Positions 54,910-64,000 are shown, counted from the stretch's first letter. The stretch: DNA of 64,000 nucleotides from Halorarum halobium (GCF_032116555.1 NZ_CP134949.1:186001-250000); one strand, 5' to 3'. The notes: generated by a model not told the origin, from the letters alone. Translations and numbers: made by a program.

Positions 54910-55425
54910 TCAGCGGAGGTCCGCGGCGTCCGTCATCGTCTCCGCGAGCGCGTCGCGCTTGGCAACGCTCGCGTTGTCGGTCGGCGACCGCGCCGATTCG
55001 GCGGCCTCGATCAGTTCCGGGACGGAGTCGTGGCTCTCGACGTAGGCCGCCAGCGCGAAGTCGGCCTCGTCGCCGCCGGTCAGTTCGAGCGCGTCCGTGC
55101 GTGAGACGTCGCCGCCGAGCCAGTCGCGGACGATCCGTCGTCCGGTCGGCCCGAGCGGCGACACGCCCGAAACGCCACAGCGGTGGAGCGCCTTCGCCGC
55201 GGTCATCGGCGCGACGCCGGCCTCGCGGGCGGACTCGCCGACGCTCACGCCGCGACCGTACTCGTCGAGCACCGTCGCGGCCGCGGCTGCCGTACAGGGA
55301 AGGCGCTCCGCGGCGGCAGCAAGCCGCTCGCGCAGGTCGCCGCCGGTGTCGTCGACGACCCTGACCCCCTGGTCCCGCTGCTCGGCGGTCACCTCGATGC
55401 CGGCGGCGATGTCCGAGAGCGCCAT
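54910..55425 (-). CDS. Conserved hypothetical protein with an HTH-like segment
   Basis: GVSVGESAREAGVAPMTAAKALHRCG; acidic, typical codons. Confidence 0.75.
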   Translation of the reverse strand: MALSDIAAGIEVTAEQRDQGVRVVDDTGGDLRERLAAAAERLPCTAAAAATVLDEYGRGVSVGESAREAGVAPMTAAKALHRCGVSGVSPLGPTGRRIVRDWLGGDVSRTDALELTGGDEADFALAAYVESHDSVPELIEAAESARSPTDNASVAKRDALAETMTDAADLR

Positions 55426-55594
55426 GCGAACCGGTTACTCCCCATTCGGTATAAATTCATCCATCGGACGAAAGAATTGATCGTCGCATCCGCGACGAAC
55501 GAACCGATTATCGGTACGTTCGTCCGGTCGGATCGGCTCGATTTCCCGCCGTTCTCCCCTCATTAAAGTAACCGATCGGGCGCAACGTTCGAGT

Positions 55595-56452
55595 ATGAGC
55601 ACTGCAACAGTTGCGTGCCCCGAGTGCGAGGGACGACTGCGCGCGGACGGCGACGAGACGGTCTGTGGCGAGTGCGGGCTGGTCGTCGACGCCGATCGGC
55701 TCGACCGCGGCCCCGAGTGGCGGAGCTTCTCGGACGACGAGACCGACCCGCGACGGACCGGCGCGCCGCTGACCCGCTCGCGCCACGACCGCGGACTCTC
55801 GACCGAGATCGGCCACACGCGCGTCACGGGACGCAAGCGGAAACAGTGGGCCCGGATGCGCCGCCAGCACACCCGGGCGCGCATCTCGACCAAGCGGGAG
55901 CGGAACCAGGTGTACGGCTTCACCGAGATCCGCCGGCTGACGAGCGCGCAGTCGCTCGGCGACCGCATCCGTGACCAAGCCTGCTCGCTGTTCCGGTCCG
56001 CACAGTCGGAGAACCTCCTCCGCGGTCGCTCCATCGAGGGGTTTGCCGCCGCGGCGGTGTACGCGGCCTGCCGCGTCGCCGGCATCTCCCGGACCCGCGG
56101 CGAACTGCTCGCGGACGCGAAGGCCGACCGGGGAGAGCTCGACGCGGCCTATGACGCGCTCAACCGCGACCTGGGGCTCCCGGTCGGTCCCATCGACCCC
56201 GCCGAGTACCTCCCCCGGTTCGCGTCGGAACTCGACCTCGGCGCCGGGGTCGAGCGCGACGCCAGGGGGTACCTCGACCGGGCGCGAGAGCGCGGCATCG
56301 TCAACGGCCGCAACCCCAGCGGCGTCGCCGCGGCGTGTCTGTACGCGGCCGCCCGCGACCGGGGACTCGAGTGCACGCAGGCCGCCGCGGCCGACGTCGC
56401 GGGCGTGACGCCGGTGACGCTGCGGAACAGCTACGGCGACCTGCAGGAGTGA
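55595..56452 (+). CDS. tfb: Transcription initiation factor IIB paralog
   Basis: CPEC...CGEC zinc ribbon, DRGPEWRSF, RTGAP, two cyclin repeats (GRSIE, GRNPSG). Confidence 0.93.
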   Translation: MSTATVACPECEGRLRADGDETVCGECGLVVDADRLDRGPEWRSFSDDETDPRRTGAPLTRSRHDRGLSTEIGHTRVTGRKRKQWARMRRQHTRARISTKRERNQVYGFTEIRRLTSAQSLGDRIRDQACSLFRSAQSENLLRGRSIEGFAAAAVYAACRVAGISRTRGELLADAKADRGELDAAYDALNRDLGLPVGPIDPAEYLPRFASELDLGAGVERDARGYLDRARERGIVNGRNPSGVAAACLYAAARDRGLECTQAAAADVAGVTPVTLRNSYGDLQE

Positions 56453-57090
56453 ACGTCGGCCGCGAGCCCCTCGATCGCTCGTGCGGCCGCGGAGTCCGGA
56501 GCCGCTTCGACGACGGGTGACTCCGTCTCGACCGACCGTCCGAGCCGCGGATCGGCCGGGACCGACACGGCAGGTGCGCCCAGCGCGCGCTCGACGGCTC
56601 CCGTCGGCACCGAGTCGAGCACGCGATTGAGCGCCACCGCAACTACGCCCGCGTCGAGTTCCCGGGCGAGTTCACGAGCGCTGACGGCGTCAGCGAGCGC
56701 CCACGCTCGGGGGGACGCGACGACGAGACAGGCGTCCGCGACCGCGAGCGGGACCCCGGCGTCGGCACGGAGCCCCGCCGGACAGTCGAGGATCACGTCG
56801 CGGCCGGCCCCGATCGAACCGACGGCCTCCTCGAGCCGCCCGACGTCGGCCGCGCGCGCCCCCGCCAGCGACCGGCCGCAGGGAAGCAGATCGACCGGCC
56901 CGGAACGGACCGCCTCCCGTGGGGCCGCACGCCCGGCGAGCACGTCGTGGAGGTCCGGGCCGCGGCCCCGCGGAAGGTCCGCCATTCCGAGGTCGGCGTC
57001 GACGACGACGGCGTCGAGCGCCGCACCGAGGTTGTACGCCAGCGTCGACTTTCCGACGCCGCCCTTCCCGCCCGTCACGGCCAGAATCAC
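56431..57090 (-). CDS. minD: MinD/ParA family ATPase
   Basis: GGKGGVGKST, VDADLGMADL, ILDCPAG. Confidence 0.88.
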   Translation of the reverse strand: MILAVTGGKGGVGKSTLAYNLGAALDAVVVDADLGMADLPRGRGPDLHDVLAGRAAPREAVRSGPVDLLPCGRSLAGARAADVGRLEEAVGSIGAGRDVILDCPAGLRADAGVPLAVADACLVVASPRAWALADAVSARELARELDAGVVAVALNRVLDSVPTGAVERALGAPAVSVPADPRLGRSVETESPVVEAAPDSAAARAIEGLAADVHSCRSP

Positions 57091-57860
57091 GCCAGTCTCC
57101 CGAGCGCGTCGACCGGCACGTCCGTGGCTTCCGCGCGGCCGGCCAGCGTCTCCGTTCGCTCTCCGACCGACCGAAGCGCCTCGGCGTCGGCTTCGACCGC
57201 CAGGGGGAGCGCCTTCGGATCACGGTCACCGTCCGCGAGCGCGTCGGTCGCGTCGGCCACGGAGGCGTCGGTGAGCCGCTCCGCGAGTTCGATGCGCGTC
57301 GCGGCGTCCTCGAGCCAGTCGAGGACCGAATCCGGGATGGCGGAGGGTGGGAGGTCTTCGGCGACCGTCCGTTCGGTCTCCGTCGTCTTCCGTTCGGGTA
57401 CCGTCGCTTCCAGGTCTGGCACCGTCGCATCCGGTTCGGACGCGCCCGACTCGTGCCCGTCCCTGGGTGGGACGACGTCGAGTGCGGTCCCGTCGGGGAC
57501 GGCGTCCCTGGGCGGCCGAAACGCGCCGAGTTCCCGGCGCGCCCGGGTCGCCACCGCCTCTCGCGACCCGTCCGGGTCACCGACGTCCGCGAGTTTCGCC
57601 GTCGGCACCGTGGCCTCGCGCTCCCCCAGCGGACACGCGTATCCCAGCGAGATCGACTCGCCGGCGTCCAGAACCGCCGTCACGCCGTCCTCATCCCAGC
57701 CCGTCTCCGGAACCCCGTTCCGGCGTGGCGGCAGCACCGGACCGTCCAGCCGGTTCACGATCCGGACCTGCCGGGCTACTGGCGTGGGGTTTCGGACGTC
57801 GAGGCTGACGAGCGCGACGCCGGCAGCAACCGTCGCGTCGGCGCTGAGGGAGACGGACAT
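57087..57860 (-). CDS. Conserved haloarchaeal hypothetical protein
   Basis: NRLDGPVLPPRRNGVPETGWD; stop overlaps the minD start. Confidence 0.78.
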   Translation of the reverse strand: MSVSLSADATVAAGVALVSLDVRNPTPVARQVRIVNRLDGPVLPPRRNGVPETGWDEDGVTAVLDAGESISLGYACPLGEREATVPTAKLADVGDPDGSREAVATRARRELGAFRPPRDAVPDGTALDVVPPRDGHESGASEPDATVPDLEATVPERKTTETERTVAEDLPPSAIPDSVLDWLEDAATRIELAERLTDASVADATDALADGDRDPKALPLAVEADAEALRSVGERTETLAGRAEATDVPVDALGRLA

Positions 57861-57885
57861 GGGGTCAGTGGTCCCGTCATCGGGG

Positions 57886-58701
57886 TTAAATCTGGACGAC
57901 GGGGGCTCCGAGAACGTCCCTCGCAGCGGCCGGATCGTCGAACCGGTCGACCGCGAGCACCACGGGCTCGTCGCGGTCGGCGACGGCGACCGCGGCCAGA
58001 TGGGCCGTGATCGCGTCCCCGGCGAACGCCGAGGGGTCGGTTCCGGGATCGGCGTCGCCGGGGACTCGCTCCAGTGCCGCGGTGAACGGCTCGTACACGC
58101 GCTCGGCGAGCGCTCGCCGCGCCTCACGCCGACGGTTCGCCAGTTCGTCGCGGAGGCGGAGCGTCTCTCGACGGTCGGTCCGTCGGCGCTGCGCCCGATC
58201 GCCGGCTGCTTCGAGCGCCTGCTCGGCGGCGACCCGGTCGGTCTCGGCCGCCGCCAGCTCGCGGGCCGCACGCTCGTGTTCCTCCCCGGCGGCCGTCACG
58301 TCCCCGCCGTCCTCCCGAACGGCCTGCAGCCGCCCGCGGGCGGTGGCGACGCGCTCGCGGAGGCGCTCGACGTCCGCCGTCGCGTCGGCGGCACGCTCGC
58401 GCGCCGCGGCCAGCCCCGTTCGGTCGGACCGCTCGTCGGCCGATGGGTCCCCCGAGGCCGCGCCGGCCAGTCGCCGTCGGAGGGTGGCGATCCTGTCCGC
58501 CTGGGGGGCCTCGTGTCCCCTGGTCCGGGCGGCGCTGGCGAGCAGTTCATGGAGCGACGGGGGCGAGTCGGCGACGAGCGCCAGCGGGTCGTCGCCATCG
58601 AGGCCCAGCGCGGAGCAAATTCGCCCGGGGTTCAGCTCCCCGCGATCGGAGAGGTCGACCGCGCGGCCGCGATAGGTTCGACCCTCGAGCCGGAAGTTCA
58701 C
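57886..58701 (-). CDS. Coiled-coil hypothetical protein
   Basis: Long R/E/A-rich heptad region; coupled to the upstream gene. Confidence 0.72.
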   Translation of the reverse strand: MNFRLEGRTYRGRAVDLSDRGELNPGRICSALGLDGDDPLALVADSPPSLHELLASAARTRGHEAPQADRIATLRRRLAGAASGDPSADERSDRTGLAAARERAADATADVERLRERVATARGRLQAVREDGGDVTAAGEEHERAARELAAAETDRVAAEQALEAAGDRAQRRRTDRRETLRLRDELANRRREARRALAERVYEPFTAALERVPGDADPGTDPSAFAGDAITAHLAAVAVADRDEPVVLAVDRFDDPAAARDVLGAPVVQI

Positions 58702-59036
58702 AGCTCAGTCCCTTCCATCGCGTCCGGATCCGGGTGGTCGGTTCCGGCCGCGAACTTCGGATACGGCGTGCTGGGTCGGTCGCGGTCCTCGTAGTCGACG
58801 GCGGCCTCCCGAATCGCGGGCCTGACGGCGGCGAACTCGTTGAACGTGTCGGTGCGTTCGACCCGAACGTCGGCACCGTGTTTCGCCCTGAGTCGGCACG
58901 CGAGGAACGCGCCCAGCTCCGTCTCGGCCAGCAGCGCGACGCGGCCGTACCGCTCGCGGACCGCCGCCTCGTTGGCTCGACAGCAGTTCCGCAGGGTCGT
59001 CCGCGCCCCGGCGGAGTAGGCGACGACGAGCAACAT
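58698..59036 (-). CDS. Conserved hypothetical protein
   Basis: MLLVVAYS..AR..LRN.C, TPYPKFAAGT. Confidence 0.78.
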   Translation of the reverse strand: MLLVVAYSAGARTTLRNCCRANEAAVRERYGRVALLAETELGAFLACRLRAKHGADVRVERTDTFNEFAAVRPAIREAAVDYEDRDRPSTPYPKFAAGTDHPDPDAMEGTEL

Positions 59037-59117
59037 GAGTACGGGTGCTTCGCTATCGAAAATAAAGCTATCGTACGGGGAAGCGGCGTCGGGACGGCGC
59101 GGGGTTCGGGAGCGCCC

Positions 59118-59750
59118 CTACCGCATGCGGACGGTATGACCGTCCTCGTCGAGTTCGACCACGGCGTCGAACAGCGACGTGATCGTCTCGACGGTCTGGT
59201 CGTCGTGTGCGGTGGGGTCCATGTGGAAGTGTGCGAACGCGCCGACGGCCGCGAACCGACCGGTGAGCACGTGGAGGAACTCGTAGGCGGTCTCCAGTTC
59301 GACGTACTGCAACAGCGCTGTGAGCGAGTCGAAGCAGACGACGGTGTCGCCGTCGTCGTCCTCCCAGCCCCGCAGGTACTCCGTGATGCGGATGCCCAGC
59401 CCCGTGAGGTCGTTGGGACTCGTGATGGTGTCGGCGCGCGTCTCCAGTCCGCCGTCGGGGCTGCCACCCGAACCGGAGGCGGCCGCGGCCGACCGCGCGG
59501 CGTCGTCGACGCTGATGACTCCGACGTTACGCGGCGTCGACTCGGAGCGGGACCGGAACCGCCGAACCTGTTTGTCCGGCGATTTCGTGTACGAGATCCA
59601 CAGCGCGTTCCCGTCGGCGGTCCGCTCCGGGTCGAGGAGGTCCACACAGCGGTCGCCTTCCTGCTCCGAGAACGACGGGGCGAGGAGCAGCACCGTCGCT
59701 GCGTCCCCAAGCTGTGCCCGCACGTCCCGCTCGAGTTCGTGTACAGTCAC
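59118..59750 (-). CDS. RecA/KaiC-like-fold protein lacking Walker A
   Basis: SPNDLTGLGI, VVCFDSLTALLQY, FLHVLTGR, SLFDAVVE. Confidence 0.78.
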   Translation of the reverse strand: MTVHELERDVRAQLGDAATVLLLAPSFSEQEGDRCVDLLDPERTADGNALWISYTKSPDKQVRRFRSRSESTPRNVGVISVDDAARSAAAASGSGGSPDGGLETRADTITSPNDLTGLGIRITEYLRGWEDDDGDTVVCFDSLTALLQYVELETAYEFLHVLTGRFAAVGAFAHFHMDPTAHDDQTVETITSLFDAVVELDEDGHTVRMR

Positions 59751-59814
59751 CTTCGGAACCCCACTATCCTGTCACTCAGGTTGGAGGGGATCGGATAAAG
59801 GGCTTTCCCTGCGC

Positions 59815-60096
59815 TCATCGGATCGGCGTCACCTCGACCACGTCGACGTCGCGGTCCGCGAGCGCGGCCACGCGCTCGCGTGCCTGGGCCGCCGAGTCGG
59901 CGACGACGACGGTCTCCTCGTCCGGTCCGTCACCGTGGACGGTGCGGTACGCGCGCGTCCCTGACACCTCGAACTCCGTGGCGAACGTGCGGAGCACGGC
60001 GTTCACGCGCCGCTCCGTCTCGGTGAGGTCGGCCTCGCCCTCCTCGAACTCCCTGAGCGCGTTCTCGACGTTCCGGAGGGCCGAGATTCGGTCCAT
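59815..60096 (-). CDS. Small conserved hypothetical protein coupled to mcm
   Basis: MDRISALRNVENALREFEEGE; TGATG overlap with the mcm stop. Confidence 0.8.
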   Translation of the reverse strand: MDRISALRNVENALREFEEGEADLTETERRVNAVLRTFATEFEVSGTRAYRTVHGDGPDEETVVVADSAAQARERVAALADRDVDVVEVTPIR

Positions 60097-62201
60097 CAGA
60101 CTACACGAAGGTGGTCTTGGTCAGGGGAATAGACTTCACCGGATTCACGGAACTTCTCAATCTCTCTCTCAGCCTTCTCTCGGTCAATTCCGATTTCTTC
60201 GGCAGTTTCAAGGACTTCATCCCATGGTGCGCCAACATCATATTCATCCTGCATATCTCTGATAAGCTGCTTGATATTCTTTTTTCGCTCACGTTGATTC
60301 TTGCTAGTACCCGTCTCGACCACGTCGGCGTCGAACTGTCCCGTCTCGGGGTCGACGCCGATGTCCTGCAGGCACGAGCGGACGATCTCGATGACGCGTT
60401 CGGCGTCCTTGGGTTCGACCGTGTCCGAGAGCCGGACGCGCGCGCTCGCCTCCGAGAGCCGGACGAGCGCCTCCAGCTTCCGGGCGGTGACAGGCACCGG
60501 GGCGTCCTCGTCGGCCCCTTTCGCACGGAGGTCGACGTAGAAGTCGCGGATGGCCTCCTTCGCCTCGTCGGTCATCGTCGGGTAGCAGTTCCGCTTCGAG
60601 TACGCAATGTACTTCCGGAGCAGGTCCGCCTCGATGACCGGCGCGACCTCCTCGGTGACGTCAGCGACCTCCTCGGAGCTGTACTCCGAGTTCGTCGTCT
60701 TCTCGCGCTGGGTGTTCAACTCGCCCGCGTAGTTGGTGGTGATGATGTGTTCCGCGAGCTTCGCGTCGTGGTCCGGGTCCGGCTGGTCGGTGACGGTGAA
60801 GATGAGGTCGAACCGCGAGATGAGCGCGGGTTCGAGGTCGATCTGCTCGCCGATGGGCTCGTACTGGTCGAACCGGCCGTACTTCGGGTTCGCCGCGCCG
60901 AGCAGCGAACAGCGGCTCTTCAGGGTGGCGTTGATGCCGGCCTTGGAGACGGAGATCTGCTGCTGTTCGAGTCCCTCGTGCATCGCGGAGCGGTCCTCCG
61001 ATCTCATTTTATCTAGCTCGTCGACCGCCGCGATGCCCTTGTCCGCGAGCACGAGCGCGCCGGCCTCCAGGGTCCACTGCTGGCCGTCGCCGAAGTCGTC
61101 GCGGACCGCCGCGGCCGTCAGCCCGGCCGAGGAGGAACCCTTGCCGGAGGTGTACACCGACCGCGGCGCGATGTGGCGGATGTACGAGAGCATCTGCGAC
61201 TTCCCAGTCCCGGGGTCGCCGATCAGGAGCATGTGGAGGTCGCCGCGGATGCGCGAGCCGTCCGGCAGGTGCTTGGTGACGCCCGAGAACAGCTGGAGGA
61301 TCATCGCGAGCTTCTCCTGTTCGTAGCCGTAGATGGACGGCGCGATGGAGCCGACCATGTCCTCGTAGATGTTCTCGCGTTTTGAGAGCTCGTAGATCTC
61401 CTCCTTGTCCTCGTCGGTGATGTCCATGTCCTCGAACTCCTCGTCCTCGACGACGACCGAGACGCCGTCCATGTAGAGGTCGAAGATGTTCGTCTTCTCC
61501 TGGCCGGAAGTGACCTGCTCGATGTGGAGCACGCCCGCGACGGTGACGTGATCGCCCGGCGTCACCTTCCCGCAGACGTCGTCCTCCAGGTTCACGTCGA
61601 TGCTCTGGGGCGTCTCGCCGCCGCGCAGCCCCTCGGGCGACTCCTGGACACGGAGCTTCTGGGAGTCGATGAACTCGGACTGGTCGTGGTTCACCCGAAA
61701 CGGTCCCTGGCGCTCACAGCCCTGGCACTCGTGGGGCTCCTGGAACCCCGAGTCGGCCTGTGGGATGTACGTCATCGTCCCGCAGCGCTGGCACTCGAAG
61801 GCGGCCTCGGTCACCTTCGGGCGCACGTCGGTCGCCTTCCGGACGATGCCCTGCACGGCGACCATCGAGCCGATGTGGTCGTCCTGGACCCGGATGTTCC
61901 GGATGTCGATGGTGCGCTCGCGCGGGAGCCCCCGTACCCGGACGTGGGCCTGCCCGAGCGAGATGTCGACCGGTAGGTCGTAGGTGCGGAGCGCCTCCTC
62001 GGCGACCCGCCCCATGTCCTCTGGGTGCTGGAGGAATCGCTCGGCCAGGTCCGGGTCGAACGTGTAGAGGTCGTCGTACTCGACGTGGAGCGAGCGTTGC
62101 TCCTTGGGGTACCGCTGGGCGAGCGCGGCGATCTCGTCGCCGTAGTACGTGCGGTAGAAACTCAGGAACTGGTCGAGTTCCTGGCGCTCCATCTGACTCA
62201 T
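60096..62201 (-). CDS. mcm: Replicative DNA helicase MCM (intein-free)
   Basis: CQRC...CQGC zinc motif, GDPGTGKS, VDELDKM, AANP, SRFD. Confidence 0.97.
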   Translation of the reverse strand: MSQMERQELDQFLSFYRTYYGDEIAALAQRYPKEQRSLHVEYDDLYTFDPDLAERFLQHPEDMGRVAEEALRTYDLPVDISLGQAHVRVRGLPRERTIDIRNIRVQDDHIGSMVAVQGIVRKATDVRPKVTEAAFECQRCGTMTYIPQADSGFQEPHECQGCERQGPFRVNHDQSEFIDSQKLRVQESPEGLRGGETPQSIDVNLEDDVCGKVTPGDHVTVAGVLHIEQVTSGQEKTNIFDLYMDGVSVVVEDEEFEDMDITDEDKEEIYELSKRENIYEDMVGSIAPSIYGYEQEKLAMILQLFSGVTKHLPDGSRIRGDLHMLLIGDPGTGKSQMLSYIRHIAPRSVYTSGKGSSSAGLTAAAVRDDFGDGQQWTLEAGALVLADKGIAAVDELDKMRSEDRSAMHEGLEQQQISVSKAGINATLKSRCSLLGAANPKYGRFDQYEPIGEQIDLEPALISRFDLIFTVTDQPDPDHDAKLAEHIITTNYAGELNTQREKTTNSEYSSEEVADVTEEVAPVIEADLLRKYIAYSKRNCYPTMTDEAKEAIRDFYVDLRAKGADEDAPVPVTARKLEALVRLSEASARVRLSDTVEPKDAERVIEIVRSCLQDIGVDPETGQFDADVVETGTSKNQRERKKNIKQLIRDMQDEYDVGAPWDEVLETAEEIGIDREKAEREIEKFRESGEVYSPDQDHLRVV

Positions 62202-62240
62202 TGGAACGAGTTACTGCGTCATAGGGTAAGAAGGGTTGGC

Positions 62241-62262
62241 TTCCACTGGAACTGAAGGGGGG
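62241..62262 (+). promoter_or_regulatory. ORB-like box upstream of mcm
   Basis: TTCCACTGGAAC-TGAA-GGGGGG: dyad core plus G-string. Confidence 0.45.
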
Positions 62263-62493
62263 TTCGCGTTCGGGGTCGTGTCAGTGGGTTTCGGGCGGCC
62301 ATCGCCCGTCGAACTCGTCGGCCCAGTTGATCGTCCGCTGTGACTGTTTTGGCTCCGCGACACGAAGCCACATGGCAGTCTCAAACGCATCTTCGGCGAC
62401 GAGGTACCTCGACTCAAAACGTACGTGGGGAACCGAAATCGGGATGAAGGGCCGACTTCACTCCGAACTCCCCGTCCTACCACGGGTGTAAAA

Positions 62494-62566
62494 TGGGACC
62501 GCCCAGATTTGAACTGGGGTCAATGGCACCCAAGGCCACAAGTATACCAGGCTAACCCACGGTCCC
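62494..62566 (-). tRNA. tRNA-Pro(UGG)
   Basis: GGGACCG acceptor, GTGGC-CTTGGGT-GCCAT anticodon arm, GTTCAAATC. Confidence 0.95.
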
Positions 62567-62657
62567 GTGCTTCGATAGAGAGCCGACTCGCGCCTAAGCG
62601 TTTCGTTCTGCCCGACCACCCCATCCGACCGCCCTCCACCCGACAACCGCCACGCCC

Positions 62658-64000
62658 CTACAACCCCAGCCCGAAGAAGAAGTCCACCCCGATCGGCGTC
62701 ACGACGGCGAAGATGGCCTGCAGCGGCCCGCCGACGCGGACGTAGTCCGAGAACCGGTACCCGCCCGGCCCGTAGACGAACAGGTTCGTCTGGTAGCCGA
62801 CCGGCGTCATGAACGCCGTGCTGGCCGCGAACGTGACCGCCATGGCGAACGCGAGCGGGTTCGCGCCGAGCGTGCCCGCCGCCTCGATGGCGACCGGGAT
62901 CATCAACACGACGCTCGCGTTGTTGGAGATGACGTTCGTCAGCAGCGCCGTGACGACGTAGAAGACGCCCAGCAGCACCAGCGGCGGGAGCACGTCGCCG
63001 GCCGCGACGACCGCGTCCGCGAGCAGACTCGCGGCGCCGGAGGACTCCAGCGCGATGCCGAGCGGGATGACGCCAGCGAGCAGGAAGATGACGTCCCACT
63101 GTACGGCGTCGTACACCTCCGGCGGGCGCAGACAGCCCGTCACGACCATCGCCAGCGCGCCCGCGAGCGCGGAGACGACGATGGGCATGACGCCCAGCGC
63201 GGCCAGCGCGACGACGGCGCCGACGATGCCGACCGCGACCGACGTCCGCGACTCCCGGTAGTCGTGCTGCTCGATCTCCTGGGCGACGATGAAGTTCCGG
63301 TTCGCGTCGAGCCGTTCCAGCGACTCGACCGACGCCTGCACGAGCAGCGTGTCGCCGACCCGCAGGGGCACCTCGTCCATCCGCTGGCGGATGAGTTCGC
63401 GGCCGCGCCGGAGCGCGAGCACCGTCGCGTCGTAGCGCTGGCGGAAGCTCGCGGTGGCGAGCGAGTCGCCGACGAGCGAGGAGCCGGGCGCGATGACCAC
63501 CTCGACGAGGTTCTTCGGTCCCTCGGCGGCCTCGAGTTCGTCCTCGTCGACGGTCGCCTCCGGGACGAGGTCGAGCCCTTCCACGTCGAGTAGTTCGACC
63601 AGCGTGGCGCGGTCGGTCCGGACCGCGAACACGTCGCCGGGCTGGATCTCCTTCTGGCCGAGCGGTTCGAGGAACACGCGCTCGTCCCGGATGAGCTGGA
63701 CGAGGTCGACGTCGAACGGGGTGTCCTCCAGGGCCCCCTCGACGCGCTGGCCGACCAGCGGCGAGTCCGGGCGAACGACGACCTCGGTGAGGTAGTCGGC
63801 CATCTCGAACTCCTCGGTGAGGTCCGCCCGGGGTTCGATCCTGGCAGGGGTGAGCCAGCGGCCGACCGTGAGCAGGTAGACCGAGCCGATGACGAGCAAC
63901 ACCGCGCCCAGCGGGAGGAACTCGAACATCCGGAACTCGCGGGCCACCGCCGCCGGCGCGAGCCGGCTGTACAGGTCCGAGGCGAGGATGTTCGTCGACG
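62658..64000 (-). CDS. SLC13/TrkA-C domain permease, 3' part (start lies outside the window)
   Basis: Two TrkA-C-like domains, ISNNA, FMTPVGYQTN, GGYRFSDY. Confidence 0.92.
   Translation of the reverse strand, partial: STNILASDLYSRLAPAAVAREFRMFEFLPLGAVLLVIGSVYLLTVGRWLTPARIEPRADLTEEFEMADYLTEVVVRPDSPLVGQRVEGALEDTPFDVDLVQLIRDERVFLEPLGQKEIQPGDVFAVRTDRATLVELLDVEGLDLVPEATVDEDELEAAEGPKNLVEVVIAPGSSLVGDSLATASFRQRYDATVLALRRGRELIRQRMDEVPLRVGDTLLVQASVESLERLDANRNFIVAQEIEQHDYRESRTSVAVGIVGAVVALAALGVMPIVVSALAGALAMVVTGCLRPPEVYDAVQWDVIFLLAGVIPLGIALESSGAASLLADAVVAAGDVLPPLVLLGVFYVVTALLTNVISNNASVVLMIPVAIEAAGTLGANPLAFAMAVTFAASTAFMTPVGYQTNLFVYGPGGYRFSDYVRVGGPLQAIFAVVTPIGVDFFFGLGL

Noticed and set aside
62202..62493. 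Possible prophage or att remnant downstream of tRNA-Pro
   Set aside because: Slightly lower GC, but no direct repeat of the tRNA end and no credible ORF

Overview
GC-rich chromosomal window of a halophilic archaeon (class Halobacteria), identified from the archaeal 16S/23S rRNAs, acidic proteins, SAMP2, MC1, TFB and MCM. It is mostly core genome: heme biosynthesis genes (hemD, cobA, hemC, hemL), an Amt-GlnK fusion, rpiA, larB, pmm, samp2, rfcS, rpl39e-rpl31e-eIF6, a PAS histidine kinase/receiver/Bat-type relay, a TetR-TetR-MATE module, an intron-containing tRNA-Arg, valS, pyrD, a full rRNA operon (16S-tRNA-Ala-23S-5S, then tRNA-Cys), pfdA-ftsY, prs, udg, hit, a MinD/ParA/TFB cluster downstream of mcm, and tRNA-Pro. 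I found no transposase, integrase or CRISPR array. Five signals stand out. (1) At least seven modular palindromic intergenic elements share exact 33-42 nt blocks and appear to gain or lose whole hairpin units; two sit at apparent synteny breakpoints. (2) The last ~70 codons of mcm (winged-helix domain) are low-GC and look foreign, its empty intein site is locally recoded, and its promoter carries an ORB-like box. (3) A 24-codon internally deleted remnant of ribosomal protein LX/L18Ae precedes pfdA. (4) Amt and GlnK are encoded as one polypeptide. (5) Candidate TetR and DtxR-family operators can be read directly from the DNA. All comparisons were made by eye and no database searches were run.
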